From the NCBI GenBank assembly GCA_965217895.1, contig CBDCJV010000002.1, positions 1,664,001 to 1,728,000 of the forward strand: a stretch of DNA of 64,000 bases, written 5' to 3'. The notes under the pieces were generated by a model. It ran no database searches. It was given only the letters and a program-made list of their open reading frames with translations, and was not told the origin of the DNA. The stretch is from Waterburya sp. GTDB lineage: Bacteria > Cyanobacteriota > Cyanobacteriia > Cyanobacteriales > Xenococcaceae. Shown here one piece after another: positions 22,475 through 32,237 of the stretch. A program made the position numbers and the translations under genes. The first letter of the stretch is position 1, and each line of letters opens with the position of its first letter.

Positions 22475-23998
22475 CTACAAATCCAAAATCTTCAACAACT
22501 CCAAAATTACGCCATTCGTCCAACCGAAACCAATCTCATTAGAACTATAGCCAAAAAAGATTTCGTCAGAAACATTCGCCGAACAAGCGCAAACATCATA
22601 TTTTTCTACTAGCGTCCCAGTTTTATTAAATTCTTGAACTGCCATGTTGAGAAACTTACCTGCAATACGTTTAGCATCTTCTTCGTAACCGTAGCGCAGC
22701 AAGCCCTCGACAGCAATTAAATTTAAAGGCGCCCAACCAAAAGGGGCATCCCATTGATTTCCACTAACGTGAGTACTGGTAAGAATTCCTCCTGCTGCTT
22801 CAAACTTAGCTAAATTTTGCCACACTCGTCGAGCCTGTTCATCAGAAGCAATACCCGTCCACAGAGGATAAAAGGTAGTAGCGTATTCGTATTGCCGGCG
22901 TTTGCCAGTACGGAAATTGTAGTCAAAATAAAGTCCTGCTTCCTCATCCCATAAAAACTGGTTAATTCTCTCCTGACGTAAAGAAGCGCGATCGCGCCAT
23001 TGGGCTGCTACTGCATCATAACCGAGAATTTCATTGATTTTGACAGTATCTAATTCCATTTGAAATAGTAAAGCATTAAGACATACAGGAGCGTAATGGA
23101 TAATGTCGATACTAAAAGGACCAAAACGGTTGGTGATATCAAATCCCGATTCTCGCATCGAGCGATCGCCTTGATAAAATAACTCGCTTAATTCATCTGT
23201 TTTGCGATCGTAATACAGGTTAACATCGTAATCGTCGAACTGAAAGTCGCGATAATATTCTTTGACGCGATCGTAATGAGTCTTTCCCTCTTCATCTATT
23301 TCTGACATTACCACTTCAGGAGCAGCACCAGATCCTAAAGCTGCATAATGAGAAAGTCCCGTACTAGGATTAAGATGAGGGGGTACATTCCAATAATAAT
23401 AATAACTTTCGATAGTCGCAAGCATTGACTGCAACCATTGTTTATCTTGAGTATGTTCGTAAACTTTTAGAATTGCAGGAGTAAATATTGGAGGCTGCGA
23501 TCGCGTCAAAAAATAGGTACGATTAGCATTAAGAATCATCCCATAATGCTCGATTTCATAGGCAAATTGATCGACCATATTTTTAGCAATTTCAGTTTCC
23601 CCATCCAGCAACAGCCCTAAAATAATAAAATAACTATCCCAACCATACATTTCGTTAAAACGTCCACCAGGAACTACGTAGGGATAGGGTAGATAGAGTA
23701 AACCATGTTCTTCGATTGATTCTACCTCAGCAGGTAAAACTCGCAATTCAAGCTGTTGCCATTCTTCAGCAGTCAGAATTTGCTGTAGAGATGTTTTGAT
23801 GCGATCGAGATCTTCCTGTGGTGAGACATAAACCAACCAAGATTGCTCTGATTCATGCTCGATTTTAGGATCTTTTGCTGCTACTAAAAGGTCTTTTTGG
23901 GAACGAGTTAAAGTTTTCCAAGTATGTTTAATGTAGGTTTTGACTTTTTCGATGTCTGTAACGTTAGGCAGTTGTTGGGGTGGAAATTGATTGGTCAT
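22475..23998 (-). CDS. Alpha,alpha-trehalase (GH37)
   Basis: PGGRFNEMYGWDSY, RSQPP, RESGFD, QWDAPFGWAP, GFGWTNG. Confidence 0.95.
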   Translation of the reverse strand: MTNQFPPQQLPNVTDIEKVKTYIKHTWKTLTRSQKDLLVAAKDPKIEHESEQSWLVYVSPQEDLDRIKTSLQQILTAEEWQQLELRVLPAEVESIEEHGLLYLPYPYVVPGGRFNEMYGWDSYFIILGLLLDGETEIAKNMVDQFAYEIEHYGMILNANRTYFLTRSQPPIFTPAILKVYEHTQDKQWLQSMLATIESYYYYWNVPPHLNPSTGLSHYAALGSGAAPEVVMSEIDEEGKTHYDRVKEYYRDFQFDDYDVNLYYDRKTDELSELFYQGDRSMRESGFDITNRFGPFSIDIIHYAPVCLNALLFQMELDTVKINEILGYDAVAAQWRDRASLRQERINQFLWDEEAGLYFDYNFRTGKRRQYEYATTFYPLWTGIASDEQARRVWQNLAKFEAAGGILTSTHVSGNQWDAPFGWAPLNLIAVEGLLRYGYEEDAKRIAGKFLNMAVQEFNKTGTLVEKYDVCACSANVSDEIFFGYSSNEIGFGWTNGVILELLKILDL

Positions 23999-24231
23999 CT
24001 CTGCTTAATTTTAGCTATGAATATTTAGCTTAAACTGTTCTTGACTGCTGATATTGCCAATTATGACCTAATTATTCGGTTCTAAGTTAGTATATGAGTT
24101 GTAAATCCAACGCTAAATCAATAGATTGAGTATTTCGACTTAATCTTCTAAGCTAAAGCTATAGGGTTCGATTCTCCTAATCCGCTTCCAGCTTCCATGA
24201 AAAAAAACAGGCTTTTGTTTAAATTTGTAAG

Positions 24232-24480
24232 ATGTCTCAAGCACCAGACCAATATCTAGCTCCAGAAGAGTCGGCTGATGTAGAAGCAGCACTGCTTTCT
24301 TCTGCGGAAAAGTTTCTTACACGATTAACTATTTCTTCTCAAAGATTGCTACAAAAAATTGCCCAAGACTATCAGGTTTCCGTTGAAGAACTAACTCATC
24401 AGCAAATTATTCAATGGTTTGAAAACGATAGTAAGGTCAAGCGCGAACAGGGAAATGATGCTGGCTCCTTGAAGTGGTAA
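24232..24480 (+). CDS. Small cyanobacterial hypothetical protein
   Basis: 82-aa ORF with normal composition. Confidence 0.6.
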   Translation: MSQAPDQYLAPEESADVEAALLSSAEKFLTRLTISSQRLLQKIAQDYQVSVEELTHQQIIQWFENDSKVKREQGNDAGSLKW

Positions 24481-24519
24481 CTTTCAAGAAGCGTCAGGAA
24501 TAAGTGTTGATTTAAGTTA

Positions 24520-26109
24520 TTAAGCAAAGTCATTAAAGCTATAAAGGCGATCGCTATTGCCAAAATAGAATGCCTCTACGTTTTCTACGATCAAAGTTGA
24601 ATCAGAATCATGAATGATAACCTGATTATCAGATGAACCACGAGCGATCGCGTAGTCGTCTAGATTGCCCCACAGCTTGAGTACATCATAGTCTTTACCG
24701 CCATCAATCGAAACGGTCGCTGTAAAGCCGCCGATCTCAAAAGTGTCATTGCCACCATCGCCAAAAATAGCAGCATTTTTAATTGAGCCTGACTGATTTG
24801 CTGACAAAGATTCTTCAGTGAATGAATTAGAATTAACTATGGCTGCTTGGAAATAGTCATTGCCTTGACCCAATCTAATCTCACTGTCTTCAATGCCAAC
24901 AGTGCTGCCGTAGCCAATAATGCGATCGCATCCCTGACCTGTCTGGATCTTACCGCCTTTGATGCCCACTAAACCATAGCCAATAATAAGATCGTCTCCC
25001 TCTCCCATTTTGATGACTCCCTCACTGTTATCAATACCAATGGTGATCGCTCCTGAATTATCAGCAATGGCATTGGTGTTAATTTTCACATCTGAATCAT
25101 TAGCAGTAGCCACGGCATCGGCATCAGCATTGGCATCCACGGCAGAATTGTTTACTGCAATGCCAATAATAGCGTCATTTCCTTGACCTGTCGCGATCGC
25201 ACCTTGGTTGACAATTCCCACCGCACTACCCTGAGAAATCGCCAGAGATGCTGCATCTGCTGTGGCAGTGGCTACGTCGTTAGCCATAGATTCGGCTTGA
25301 GAAATGGCTAAAGAATTACTTGAGCTTCTATTGTTTGCCAAGCCGACAATTGTATCGTTGCCTTGACCCGTAAAGATTGCACCAGAATTAATTATTCCCA
25401 AAGCGTTTGTATTACTAATAGCCGTTGCTTTAGATGTGCTTTGGGAAATAGCTGTCTTAATTTCATTGAGCGTTTTAGAATCTACAGCAGCGTTATTGGC
25501 AAATGCAGTAGCCTCAGCCTCACTCAAAGCCCAGGTACTCGCTACACCAACAATAACGTCATCACCTCGACCTGTGGCGATCGCGCCCAGATTATCAATG
25601 CCGATAGCCAAACTATTAACGACGCTAACGGACTCACTCTTGGCACTGACTGAAGAGTTATCAGCAAAAGCTGATTCAGCTTGAGAAATAGCTATTGAAA
25701 CACCCAACGCTGAAGCATTAGCTATGCCCAAGATTGCGTCATGACCTTTGCCTGTAGTAATCTTACCCGTATTGCTAATGCCGATGGCAAGTGCATCCGC
25801 GCTAGATTCGCTATTGGCATTAGCCGTAGCCAGATCATCTAAAGTTAATTGAGCCTCCGAAGTAGCGGTAGCATTACCAACGGTCAGAGCAGGCTCCGTC
25901 CGTTTAGAAGTCCCCGTGCTGTTCCGTTTAGGAACAGCTTCATGCGGGACGTGGCGGAGTAATCTCTGACTCGAAGCATTAGCTACACCAAGAATAATGT
26001 CATTACTTTTGCCTGTGGCGATCGCACAATTATTATTGAGCAGTGTATTAATCAGATTATTTTGAAGCCCGGTAACTACAATATCTTTAAATAATATTTT
26101 TTTGGACAT
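24520..26109 (-). CDS. Ala/Ser-rich repeat protein with RTX-like GxGxD repeats; carries an 87-bp in-frame insertion
   Basis: Repeated GIxNxGxIxTGxGNDxIxG; C-terminal ENVEAFYF. Confidence 0.75.
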   Translation of the reverse strand: MSKKILFKDIVVTGLQNNLINTLLNNNCAIATGKSNDIILGVANASSQRLLRHVPHEAVPKRNSTGTSKRTEPALTVGNATATSEAQLTLDDLATANANSESSADALAIGISNTGKITTGKGHDAILGIANASALGVSIAISQAESAFADNSSVSAKSESVSVVNSLAIGIDNLGAIATGRGDDVIVGVASTWALSEAEATAFANNAAVDSKTLNEIKTAISQSTSKATAISNTNALGIINSGAIFTGQGNDTIVGLANNRSSSNSLAISQAESMANDVATATADAASLAISQGSAVGIVNQGAIATGQGNDAIIGIAVNNSAVDANADADAVATANDSDVKINTNAIADNSGAITIGIDNSEGVIKMGEGDDLIIGYGLVGIKGGKIQTGQGCDRIIGYGSTVGIEDSEIRLGQGNDYFQAAIVNSNSFTEESLSANQSGSIKNAAIFGDGGNDTFEIGGFTATVSIDGGKDYDVLKLWGNLDDYAIARGSSDNQVIIHDSDSTLIVENVEAFYFGNSDRLYSFNDFA

Positions 26110-26315
26110 AACACTTGCCTTAGCTAAAATAATTTGTTGCTAAAAAAACTGTTTCTAGCCAACTAATTATCTATTAAGCAGATCGTATTTATTATCAAGC
26201 TAAGATGAAAAAATCATTTTTAAAATAAATTAGCAGTAAAGATTTGATGTAATTTAGATAAAGCATTTCCCTGTTTTTTGTCCTTCATTTCTCAGTTTCT
26301 CAATTCCCCAAAAAT

Positions 26316-27524
26316 ATGACCGATTCACAAGCTATTAACCAAGCCGTTGCCAATCTCTACAATACTTATCCCTTTCCCCCAGATCCTCTTTCAGATCTCG
26401 AACCTCCTGGCTATAACTGGCGATGGAATTGGACATCAGCATATAGTTTTTGTACAGGAACGAAACCCACCACTCAAGACATTCGTATTTTGGATGCAGG
26501 TTGTGGTACAGGTTCGGGTACAGATTATCTGATTCACCTCAACCCTGAAGCAGAGGTTACGGCAATTGACCTGAGTGAAAAAGCATTAGAAATGGCAGAG
26601 GAACGTTGTAATCGTTCAGGAGTAATTGCTAAACACTCTAAACCAGTCAAGTTTTTTAACCTCAAGTTAGAAGAAGCAACAAACCTAGAAGGAGAGTTTG
26701 ATTTTATTAACTGTGTCGGCGTTTTACATCATTTACCAGAACCAGAAAAGGGTATTCAGGCGTTGGCGAAAAAGTTAAAGCCAGGGGGAATTCTCCATAT
26801 CTTTGTCTATGCCGAATTAGGACGTTGGGAAATTAGCTTGATGCAAAAAGCGATCGCACTTCTTCAAGGAGACAAGCGGGGTGACTATCGTGATGGGGTA
26901 AAAGTTGGTCGAGATATTTTTGCTAACCTACCTCAGAATAATCGCATTTTGAAGCAGGAAAAGGAAAGATGGGCATTAGAAAATCATCGCGATGAAGCCT
27001 TTGCCGATATGTATGTCCATCCCCAGGAAATTGACTATAACGTTGAAACGCTATTCGATTTAATAGACGCTTCAGGCTTGGATTTTGTCGGCTTTTCTAA
27101 TCCTAAATACTGGCAGTTAGAGAGGCTATTAGGCGAATCAGCAGAATTAATGACTAGAGCAAAAGACTTGAGTGATCGCGCCTTATATCGTTTAATAGAA
27201 TTATTAGATCCCAACTTGACTCACTATGAGTTTTTCTTAGCCAAACCACCTTTAAAAAAAGAAAATTGGTCAAGTGACGAGAAGTTGAGTAAAGCAATTC
27301 CCGAATGTAGTCCTTGTATGCAGGGTTTTCCTAGTCAAAGCTTTCTTGATTTTGAATACCAGATGGTTCATCTGTCTGATGCAGAGTATCAGTTTATGCT
27401 TGCTTGCGACAAAAATATCGAAAAACAAGCTAGTGTCGGCAAGATTCTTGCTAATTGTGAGTTGGATTTAGCAGGAGTGCGATCGCTTTTTGAGCGGCAG
27501 TTAACTATCCTAAGCAGCAATTAA
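26316..27524 (+). CDS. Class I SAM-dependent methyltransferase
   Basis: ILDAGCGTG, GVLHHL, LKPGG. Confidence 0.88.
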   Translation: MTDSQAINQAVANLYNTYPFPPDPLSDLEPPGYNWRWNWTSAYSFCTGTKPTTQDIRILDAGCGTGSGTDYLIHLNPEAEVTAIDLSEKALEMAEERCNRSGVIAKHSKPVKFFNLKLEEATNLEGEFDFINCVGVLHHLPEPEKGIQALAKKLKPGGILHIFVYAELGRWEISLMQKAIALLQGDKRGDYRDGVKVGRDIFANLPQNNRILKQEKERWALENHRDEAFADMYVHPQEIDYNVETLFDLIDASGLDFVGFSNPKYWQLERLLGESAELMTRAKDLSDRALYRLIELLDPNLTHYEFFLAKPPLKKENWSSDEKLSKAIPECSPCMQGFPSQSFLDFEYQMVHLSDAEYQFMLACDKNIEKQASVGKILANCELDLAGVRSLFERQLTILSSN

Positions 27525-27556
27525 ACCTAGAGATAAAAACAAGTTAACCAGTCTGT

Positions 27557-27862
27557 TTAACGCGGATTAGTGTTAGGCGACTTATTAGCCATGAGATCGT
27601 ATAAGCTCCCCGAAACATACTTATGAAGAATGCTAGATACAAGGGTTTGATAAGGAATTCCTTCTTCTAACGCTCGTTTTTGTATAGCCTCTAAATCCCG
27701 TGATGAGATACGAATATTTATGCGTCTATCCTTTTTAAAAGTCTTTTCAGCGACTTTTGCAAGTTGTTTCTTTCGCTGTGCAGTTAAAACAGACTTAAAT
27801 TCTCCTGCCTCGAAATCACGCAGAATCTCTTTTTCTTCTGCATCCAGTTTGACTTTGCTCAT
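27557..27862 (-). CDS. BrnA/CopG-like antitoxin
   Basis: RINIRISSRDLEAIQKRALEEGIPYQTL; overlaps toxin stop. Confidence 0.8.
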   Translation of the reverse strand: MSKVKLDAEEKEILRDFEAGEFKSVLTAQRKKQLAKVAEKTFKKDRRINIRISSRDLEAIQKRALEEGIPYQTLVSSILHKYVSGSLYDLMANKSPNTNPR

Positions 27863-28137
27863 AATTCGTCTCCAAGGTATTCCTTTGTCGCCTTTCTGCT
27901 GGGAATAACTGTTTTTAAGAAGATTTCCTCATCGTTTTCAACATAGGGGACTAAGTAAGCGTATTTATCAACCTCTACAATAAGCACCCGTTGATTGGGG
28001 TATTTTGCCTTGTTAGGATGTTCAATATCGTCCAGCAATCGTCCCTTTTGTAGACAAAACAAAATATCTTCAAAAGATATCTGGCGATCTTCTATGATTT
28101 GCTGATTTTTCTGGTAATTCCAATTGAAAGGCTTCAT
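27859..28137 (-). CDS. BrnT-family toxin
   Basis: FNWNYQKN...RQISFE...YLVPYVE...FLKTVIPSRKAT. Confidence 0.8.
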   Translation of the reverse strand: MKPFNWNYQKNQQIIEDRQISFEDILFCLQKGRLLDDIEHPNKAKYPNQRVLIVEVDKYAYLVPYVENDEEIFLKTVIPSRKATKEYLGDEL

Positions 28138-28570
28138 TAAGCCAACTTTAGCATAAATGTGTGCCTATTGGCATCTTTACTTTCGGTTAATGATAAAAGC
28201 CAGTGACGGTATTTAGGAAGATAATTATTGTGAGCGATCGCTTTTTAAACAACACATGATTATTTCAAATAGCAATTAAATCTGGCAATTATCTGGAATA
28301 TCAAATTAATTTTTGGTTTAAGGCGATCGCCTATCAACTTAAACGCCAGAAGCACGATCACTTTTTGCTTGACAGTTAGTTTCTTAATTGAAGAGTAGGG
28401 ACGATCTGGGAAAAATTTAGATAAGTAACGGCCTCAAATTGAGCGGTGCCTGTAAAATAAGCCTCTAGCTCGCGTGTCCCGTCTATCGAAGTATAAAGAA
28501 CTTGCTTACCACAAAAGCAGAACCCCCAAAAAGTGTGACCGCAGCAGGAGGAGTTGAAGTCTAACTGTTT

Positions 28571-28707
28571 ATTATACGGAAACTTTCGGGATATCTACCC
28601 CATATAGAATGATATCAGGAAACTTTTGGGATATTCCTCGGTGATATCTCGACTTTTTCTGGATATCGTCCCAAATAAGCATAATATCAAGAAAATTTTT
28701 TGATATT
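28571..28707. repeat. Four 25-bp imperfect palindromes (RATATC-N13-GATATY)
   Basis: Copies start at 28571 (degenerate left arm), 28611, 28643, 28683. Confidence 0.7.
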
Positions 28708-28966
28708 ATCTGCTATAAAGACATTTTCTTAACGTCAACCTAAAATTTTTTAGTCTCTAGAACAATAATTTGTATTTCCTTGATTTGAGCTAATTGTCGA
28801 TCATTTCTTTGCTTTGTTAGAAAGGCTTCACATTCCAATGCCCTGGCTACAGAGATCCTTTTCCTCAGATCGCAAGAATTGATTGAGGAGCGATCGCCTT
28901 TTCTGTATTTAACAGTGTTTAGGTTAAAAGCGGTACAATAAAAAGTACAATGACTAAAAATAAATT

Positions 28967-29072
28967 ATGGATATTCACAGTGCTAGTCAAGCCAGAGCCA
29001 ATCTGTTTAAGTTATTAGAGCAAGTTAATCAAGAGAGTAAGCCTTGTATCATCACTTCCCGTAAGGGGGATG
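28967..29072 (+). pseudogene. Phd/YefM antitoxin truncated by an ISAs1 end
   Basis: MDIHSASQARANLFKLLEQVNQESKPCIITSRKGD, then IS inverted repeat; GTAC-N8-GTAC upstream at 28933. Confidence 0.8.
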
Positions 29073-29500
29073 TAGGGCTGTTTCATTCTCTAAAAAAGAA
29101 ATGCGATCGCGAATAAGTATATTTACTATTCCTATCAATGGCACAAAGAAAGTAATAATGGCAAATTATGGCTTAAATAACTGATTGCCTCGGTCATAGA
29201 ATCGAAACCATGAACTCTCAGTAGGTTAATAACCCAACTTTTAATCAAACAGATGTTTGTGGATGCTTTGCCGTGAAGTTGAGGGCTGTTATCATCTTGA
29301 GTTACGACATCCTTAAACGGCACTCAATACGGCGAACCTGCGTTGTCGTCCGTGCCTCCCCAATGAAGACGATTTTCAACAGCGTGATTGGACAAGCTGC
29401 TTGCGAAGCAGCGTCCCTCACGCTCAATATTGTCGGTACACCAAACAGCATTTTCTGAGCAAAAGAGCTTTTATAAACTCTTTGAGCGACGGTCAATTGA
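29073..29500 (-). mobile_element. ISAs1-family remnant (3' end)
   Basis: TAGGGCTGTTTCATTCT end; closely similar to 52011-52254; ENRLHW/KDVV.EDNS motif interrupted by mini-elements. Confidence 0.85.
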
Positions 29501-29667
29501 ACTTGTCTCATGTATTTTTAGAAATAAAAAAATGTTGGTGATACAAGTAAGAATAGAATAGTTATTTAGTAAAACGAACTATCCATTAGTCTGATTTTAA
29601 AGTTAGAAAATCTTCTTTTATAAGCGATCAATAATCTTTCTTTCGGCTGTGGACAAACTGGAAATTT

Positions 29668-29926
29668 TTATATAATCACAATGCTTGATTTTTCCGATCT
29701 GAGTAATGATTTTGCTCTATCTATGCGACATTTAATTAAATATTGATAGGGTGTAATGCCTGTAGATCTTTTAAATGACCGACAGAAATAAAAGCGACTC
29801 ATACCTATTTCAGTTACGATCGCATTTAACGATAAATCTTCGGCTAAGTGAACCTGAATATAGTCAATGGCTCGCTGTAGTTTATCAGGAGATAGACCTT
29901 TAGAATACTCTTTAAAAAGTAGTTTC
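29668..29926 (-). pseudogene. AraC-family regulator fragment
   Basis: Manual translation GLSPDKLQRAIDYIQVHLAEDLSL...MSRFYFCRSFKRSTGITPYQYLIKCRIDRAKSLL. Confidence 0.75.
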
Positions 29927-30034
29927 CTACCCCATAAGATAAAAACAATCGTTGTAAGCCATTACATTGGCTTGTTGGCGAACGATATTATCGATCTGGG
30001 CGATCGCATTCAAACTAACAACAACTATCGCTAT

Positions 30035-30215
30035 TTAGGGAAGTTTAACTCCTTTTAAAGGTTCGGCAGACAAGCCAGAAGTGTATTCAAATTCTTGTCC
30101 ATAAGCCTCTTCTCCATGTTCCGGTACGTCTAAACCCTGTTGTTCTATATCTTGTTTTACTCTCAAAGGCATAACTAATGCCAGAAGTTTTAGAATAATA
30201 AAAGAACCAGAACCT
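30035..30215 (-). pseudogene. Ammonium transporter (Amt) C-terminal fragment
   Basis: SFIILKLLALVMPLRV...EQQGLDVPEHGEEAY. Confidence 0.7.
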
Positions 30216-30373
30216 AATGCACTGCCTCCATTAAAGCCAAATCGCAGAGTAAAATGGCAAACCCCATAAGATAAAAACAATCGTTGTAAGCTATTACATT
30301 AGCTTGTTGGCGGACATTATCAACGGCGGCAATACTTTCGCAGCGCAGTGTTATGCTGTATGGTTAACGATCC

Positions 30374-31048
30374 TCAGAGTTTAACAGAGTATTCAATTCC
30401 ATCATCGATTGGGAGCGCAACTGAAATGAAGCCGTTATCGGGATTGCGGACGTAATCTAGATAGGGTTTCGTGTTCTCTAAAGTCAAGTTGATATCGTCT
30501 GCTAAAATGACAGCACCCGTCCGTAGATTTCCTAGTGTCAGGTGCAGAACGTCAAGATAAAGATCTTTCCAGCCATCTAAAAAGAGCAAATCGATCATCT
30601 TGTGAAGATTGCCTAGTGTTTGGAGGGCATCACCACCTCGGATTTCGACAAACTCGGATAATCCAGCATCTACAACATTTTGAGTAGCTTTAGCGACTTT
30701 ACTACTATCAAGTTCAGAACTGATGACCAATCCGCCGCCGTTGTCATGTAGAGCAGCGGCTAAGTAGATTGTCGAGATACCGAAAGAGGTGCCGAATTCG
30801 ACGATGTGTTTAGCTGAGATGGAGCGCGCGACACTGTAGAGAAATCTGCCATTATCCTTTGAAATTGGCAACAACGCATCACTTAGCATCGTTGCCTTTT
30901 GTTGAGGATGAACTGACTGCCAATCGGCACCGCTATCCAGAAATTGCTGAATAACAATATTATCATTAGTCTCGGCTAAAGTATGAAGCCGCTCAAGAAC
31001 AGCCCGTACTTCTGGAATTAATAGTTTTGTAGAAATTGAGTTTGCCAT
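30374..31048 (-). CDS. O-methyltransferase
   Basis: IVEFGTSFGIST, GDALQTL, LLFLDGWK. Confidence 0.88.
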   Translation of the reverse strand: MANSISTKLLIPEVRAVLERLHTLAETNDNIVIQQFLDSGADWQSVHPQQKATMLSDALLPISKDNGRFLYSVARSISAKHIVEFGTSFGISTIYLAAALHDNGGGLVISSELDSSKVAKATQNVVDAGLSEFVEIRGGDALQTLGNLHKMIDLLFLDGWKDLYLDVLHLTLGNLRTGAVILADDINLTLENTKPYLDYVRNPDNGFISVALPIDDGIEYSVKL

Positions 31049-31073
31049 ATATCCTCCTAAATTTATTTTTTAG

Positions 31074-31460
31074 TTATTTGCTGGTAGAAATCTGTAATTG
31101 TTTGACTGTTTTGCCGTTGATAAAATGACTTTTGGAGATCGCCTTGACATCAGGACTAGTCAAATGACCGTATAAAATGCGATCGCGTAACAGGATCTTT
31201 TTTAGCTTGATTCGTAGTTTCGTTGGCAACCAGAATAATTGATTTCCTTTCGGATATACCATCGCTACTGGACCCGCTTGACAGTAATCTAAACATTTAG
31301 ATTGACTAACTTCTACGCGATCGCTTAGTCCCAAACGTTCAACCTCTTCTTGAAACGCTTGATGAATATCTAACGCACCTGCACTACAACAACAGCCTTT
31401 TAGGTTGTTGGCAGAACGTTTTTTGGTACAGACAAAGACACGGTATTGAAATGAATCCAT
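31074..31460 (-). CDS. Thioredoxin-like (2Fe-2S) ferredoxin
   Basis: VFVCT...CC...CLDYCQAGPVAMVYP. Confidence 0.8.
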   Translation of the reverse strand: MDSFQYRVFVCTKKRSANNLKGCCCSAGALDIHQAFQEEVERLGLSDRVEVSQSKCLDYCQAGPVAMVYPKGNQLFWLPTKLRIKLKKILLRDRILYGHLTSPDVKAISKSHFINGKTVKQLQISTSK

Positions 31461-31474
31461 AACTCTTTGCTAAA

Positions 31475-31512
31475 ATGTGAGTAATTACTTACATGATATG
31501 AGTAATTACTCG
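31475..31512. promoter_or_regulatory. Tandem palindromic TetR-type operators
   Basis: ATGTGAGTAATTACTTACAT and TGAGTAATTACTCG between divergent genes. Confidence 0.7.
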
Positions 31513-31545
31513 CGTTAACAACTCGCTTTTGACGAAGCTCATTCT

Positions 31546-32190
31546 ATGTGTCCTAAAAGTACGCCAGAACCCCGTAAACTACCGCAACAAGATCGTTCCC
31601 GCGTGACGGTAGAAGCGATTTTAGAAGCAACTGCTCGCATTTTGACGGAAAAAGGCTATAGCAAAACTAACACCAACCATATTGCAGAGTTAGCAGGTGT
31701 TAGTATTGGCTCGCTATATCAGTACTTTCCTAACAAAGAATCATTGATGGCTGCTCTAATTCAACAGCATTCCGATGAAATGGTGGAGTTAGTAGAATCA
31801 AAACTAAATAATTCATTTGATACTCCCTTAGAAGAAGCCATTCCTCAACTAGTCCGCGCTGTAATTGCTGCTCATGCTATTAATCCCAGATTGCATCAGG
31901 TATTGAACGAAGAAGTACCGCTATCGCGAGAATTAGATCCTGCTGGAAAAATTGACGATCGCATTAATCAAATATTGCTGAAATATTTAGAAATTTGGCG
32001 CGATCGTCTTGCTACCCAAGATCTAAAGATGACGGTGTTTATCTTTGCTCATACTTTAGAATCATTGTGTCATGCTGCCGTGATTGAAGATGGACAGTAT
32101 ATGGAGAATGATGATTTTGAACGAGAAGTTTGTCGCCTGCTTCTTTCTTGCTTAATTGGCGATCGCCAACTAAGCAAGAGGTTCATTTAA
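31546..32190 (+). CDS. TetR/AcrR regulator
   Basis: PQQDRS...IAELAGVSIGSLYQYFPNKESL. Confidence 0.92.
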   Translation: MCPKSTPEPRKLPQQDRSRVTVEAILEATARILTEKGYSKTNTNHIAELAGVSIGSLYQYFPNKESLMAALIQQHSDEMVELVESKLNNSFDTPLEEAIPQLVRAVIAAHAINPRLHQVLNEEVPLSRELDPAGKIDDRINQILLKYLEIWRDRLATQDLKMTVFIFAHTLESLCHAAVIEDGQYMENDDFEREVCRLLLSCLIGDRQLSKRFI

Positions 32191-32237
32191 TTCTGCCTAG
32201 CTACTTACCTTGTTAAATGGAAAAAACTTAAACTGGT

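Noticed and set aside
28571..28707. CRISPR array
   Set aside because: Repeats degenerate, spacers only 7-15 nt, no cas genes in the window
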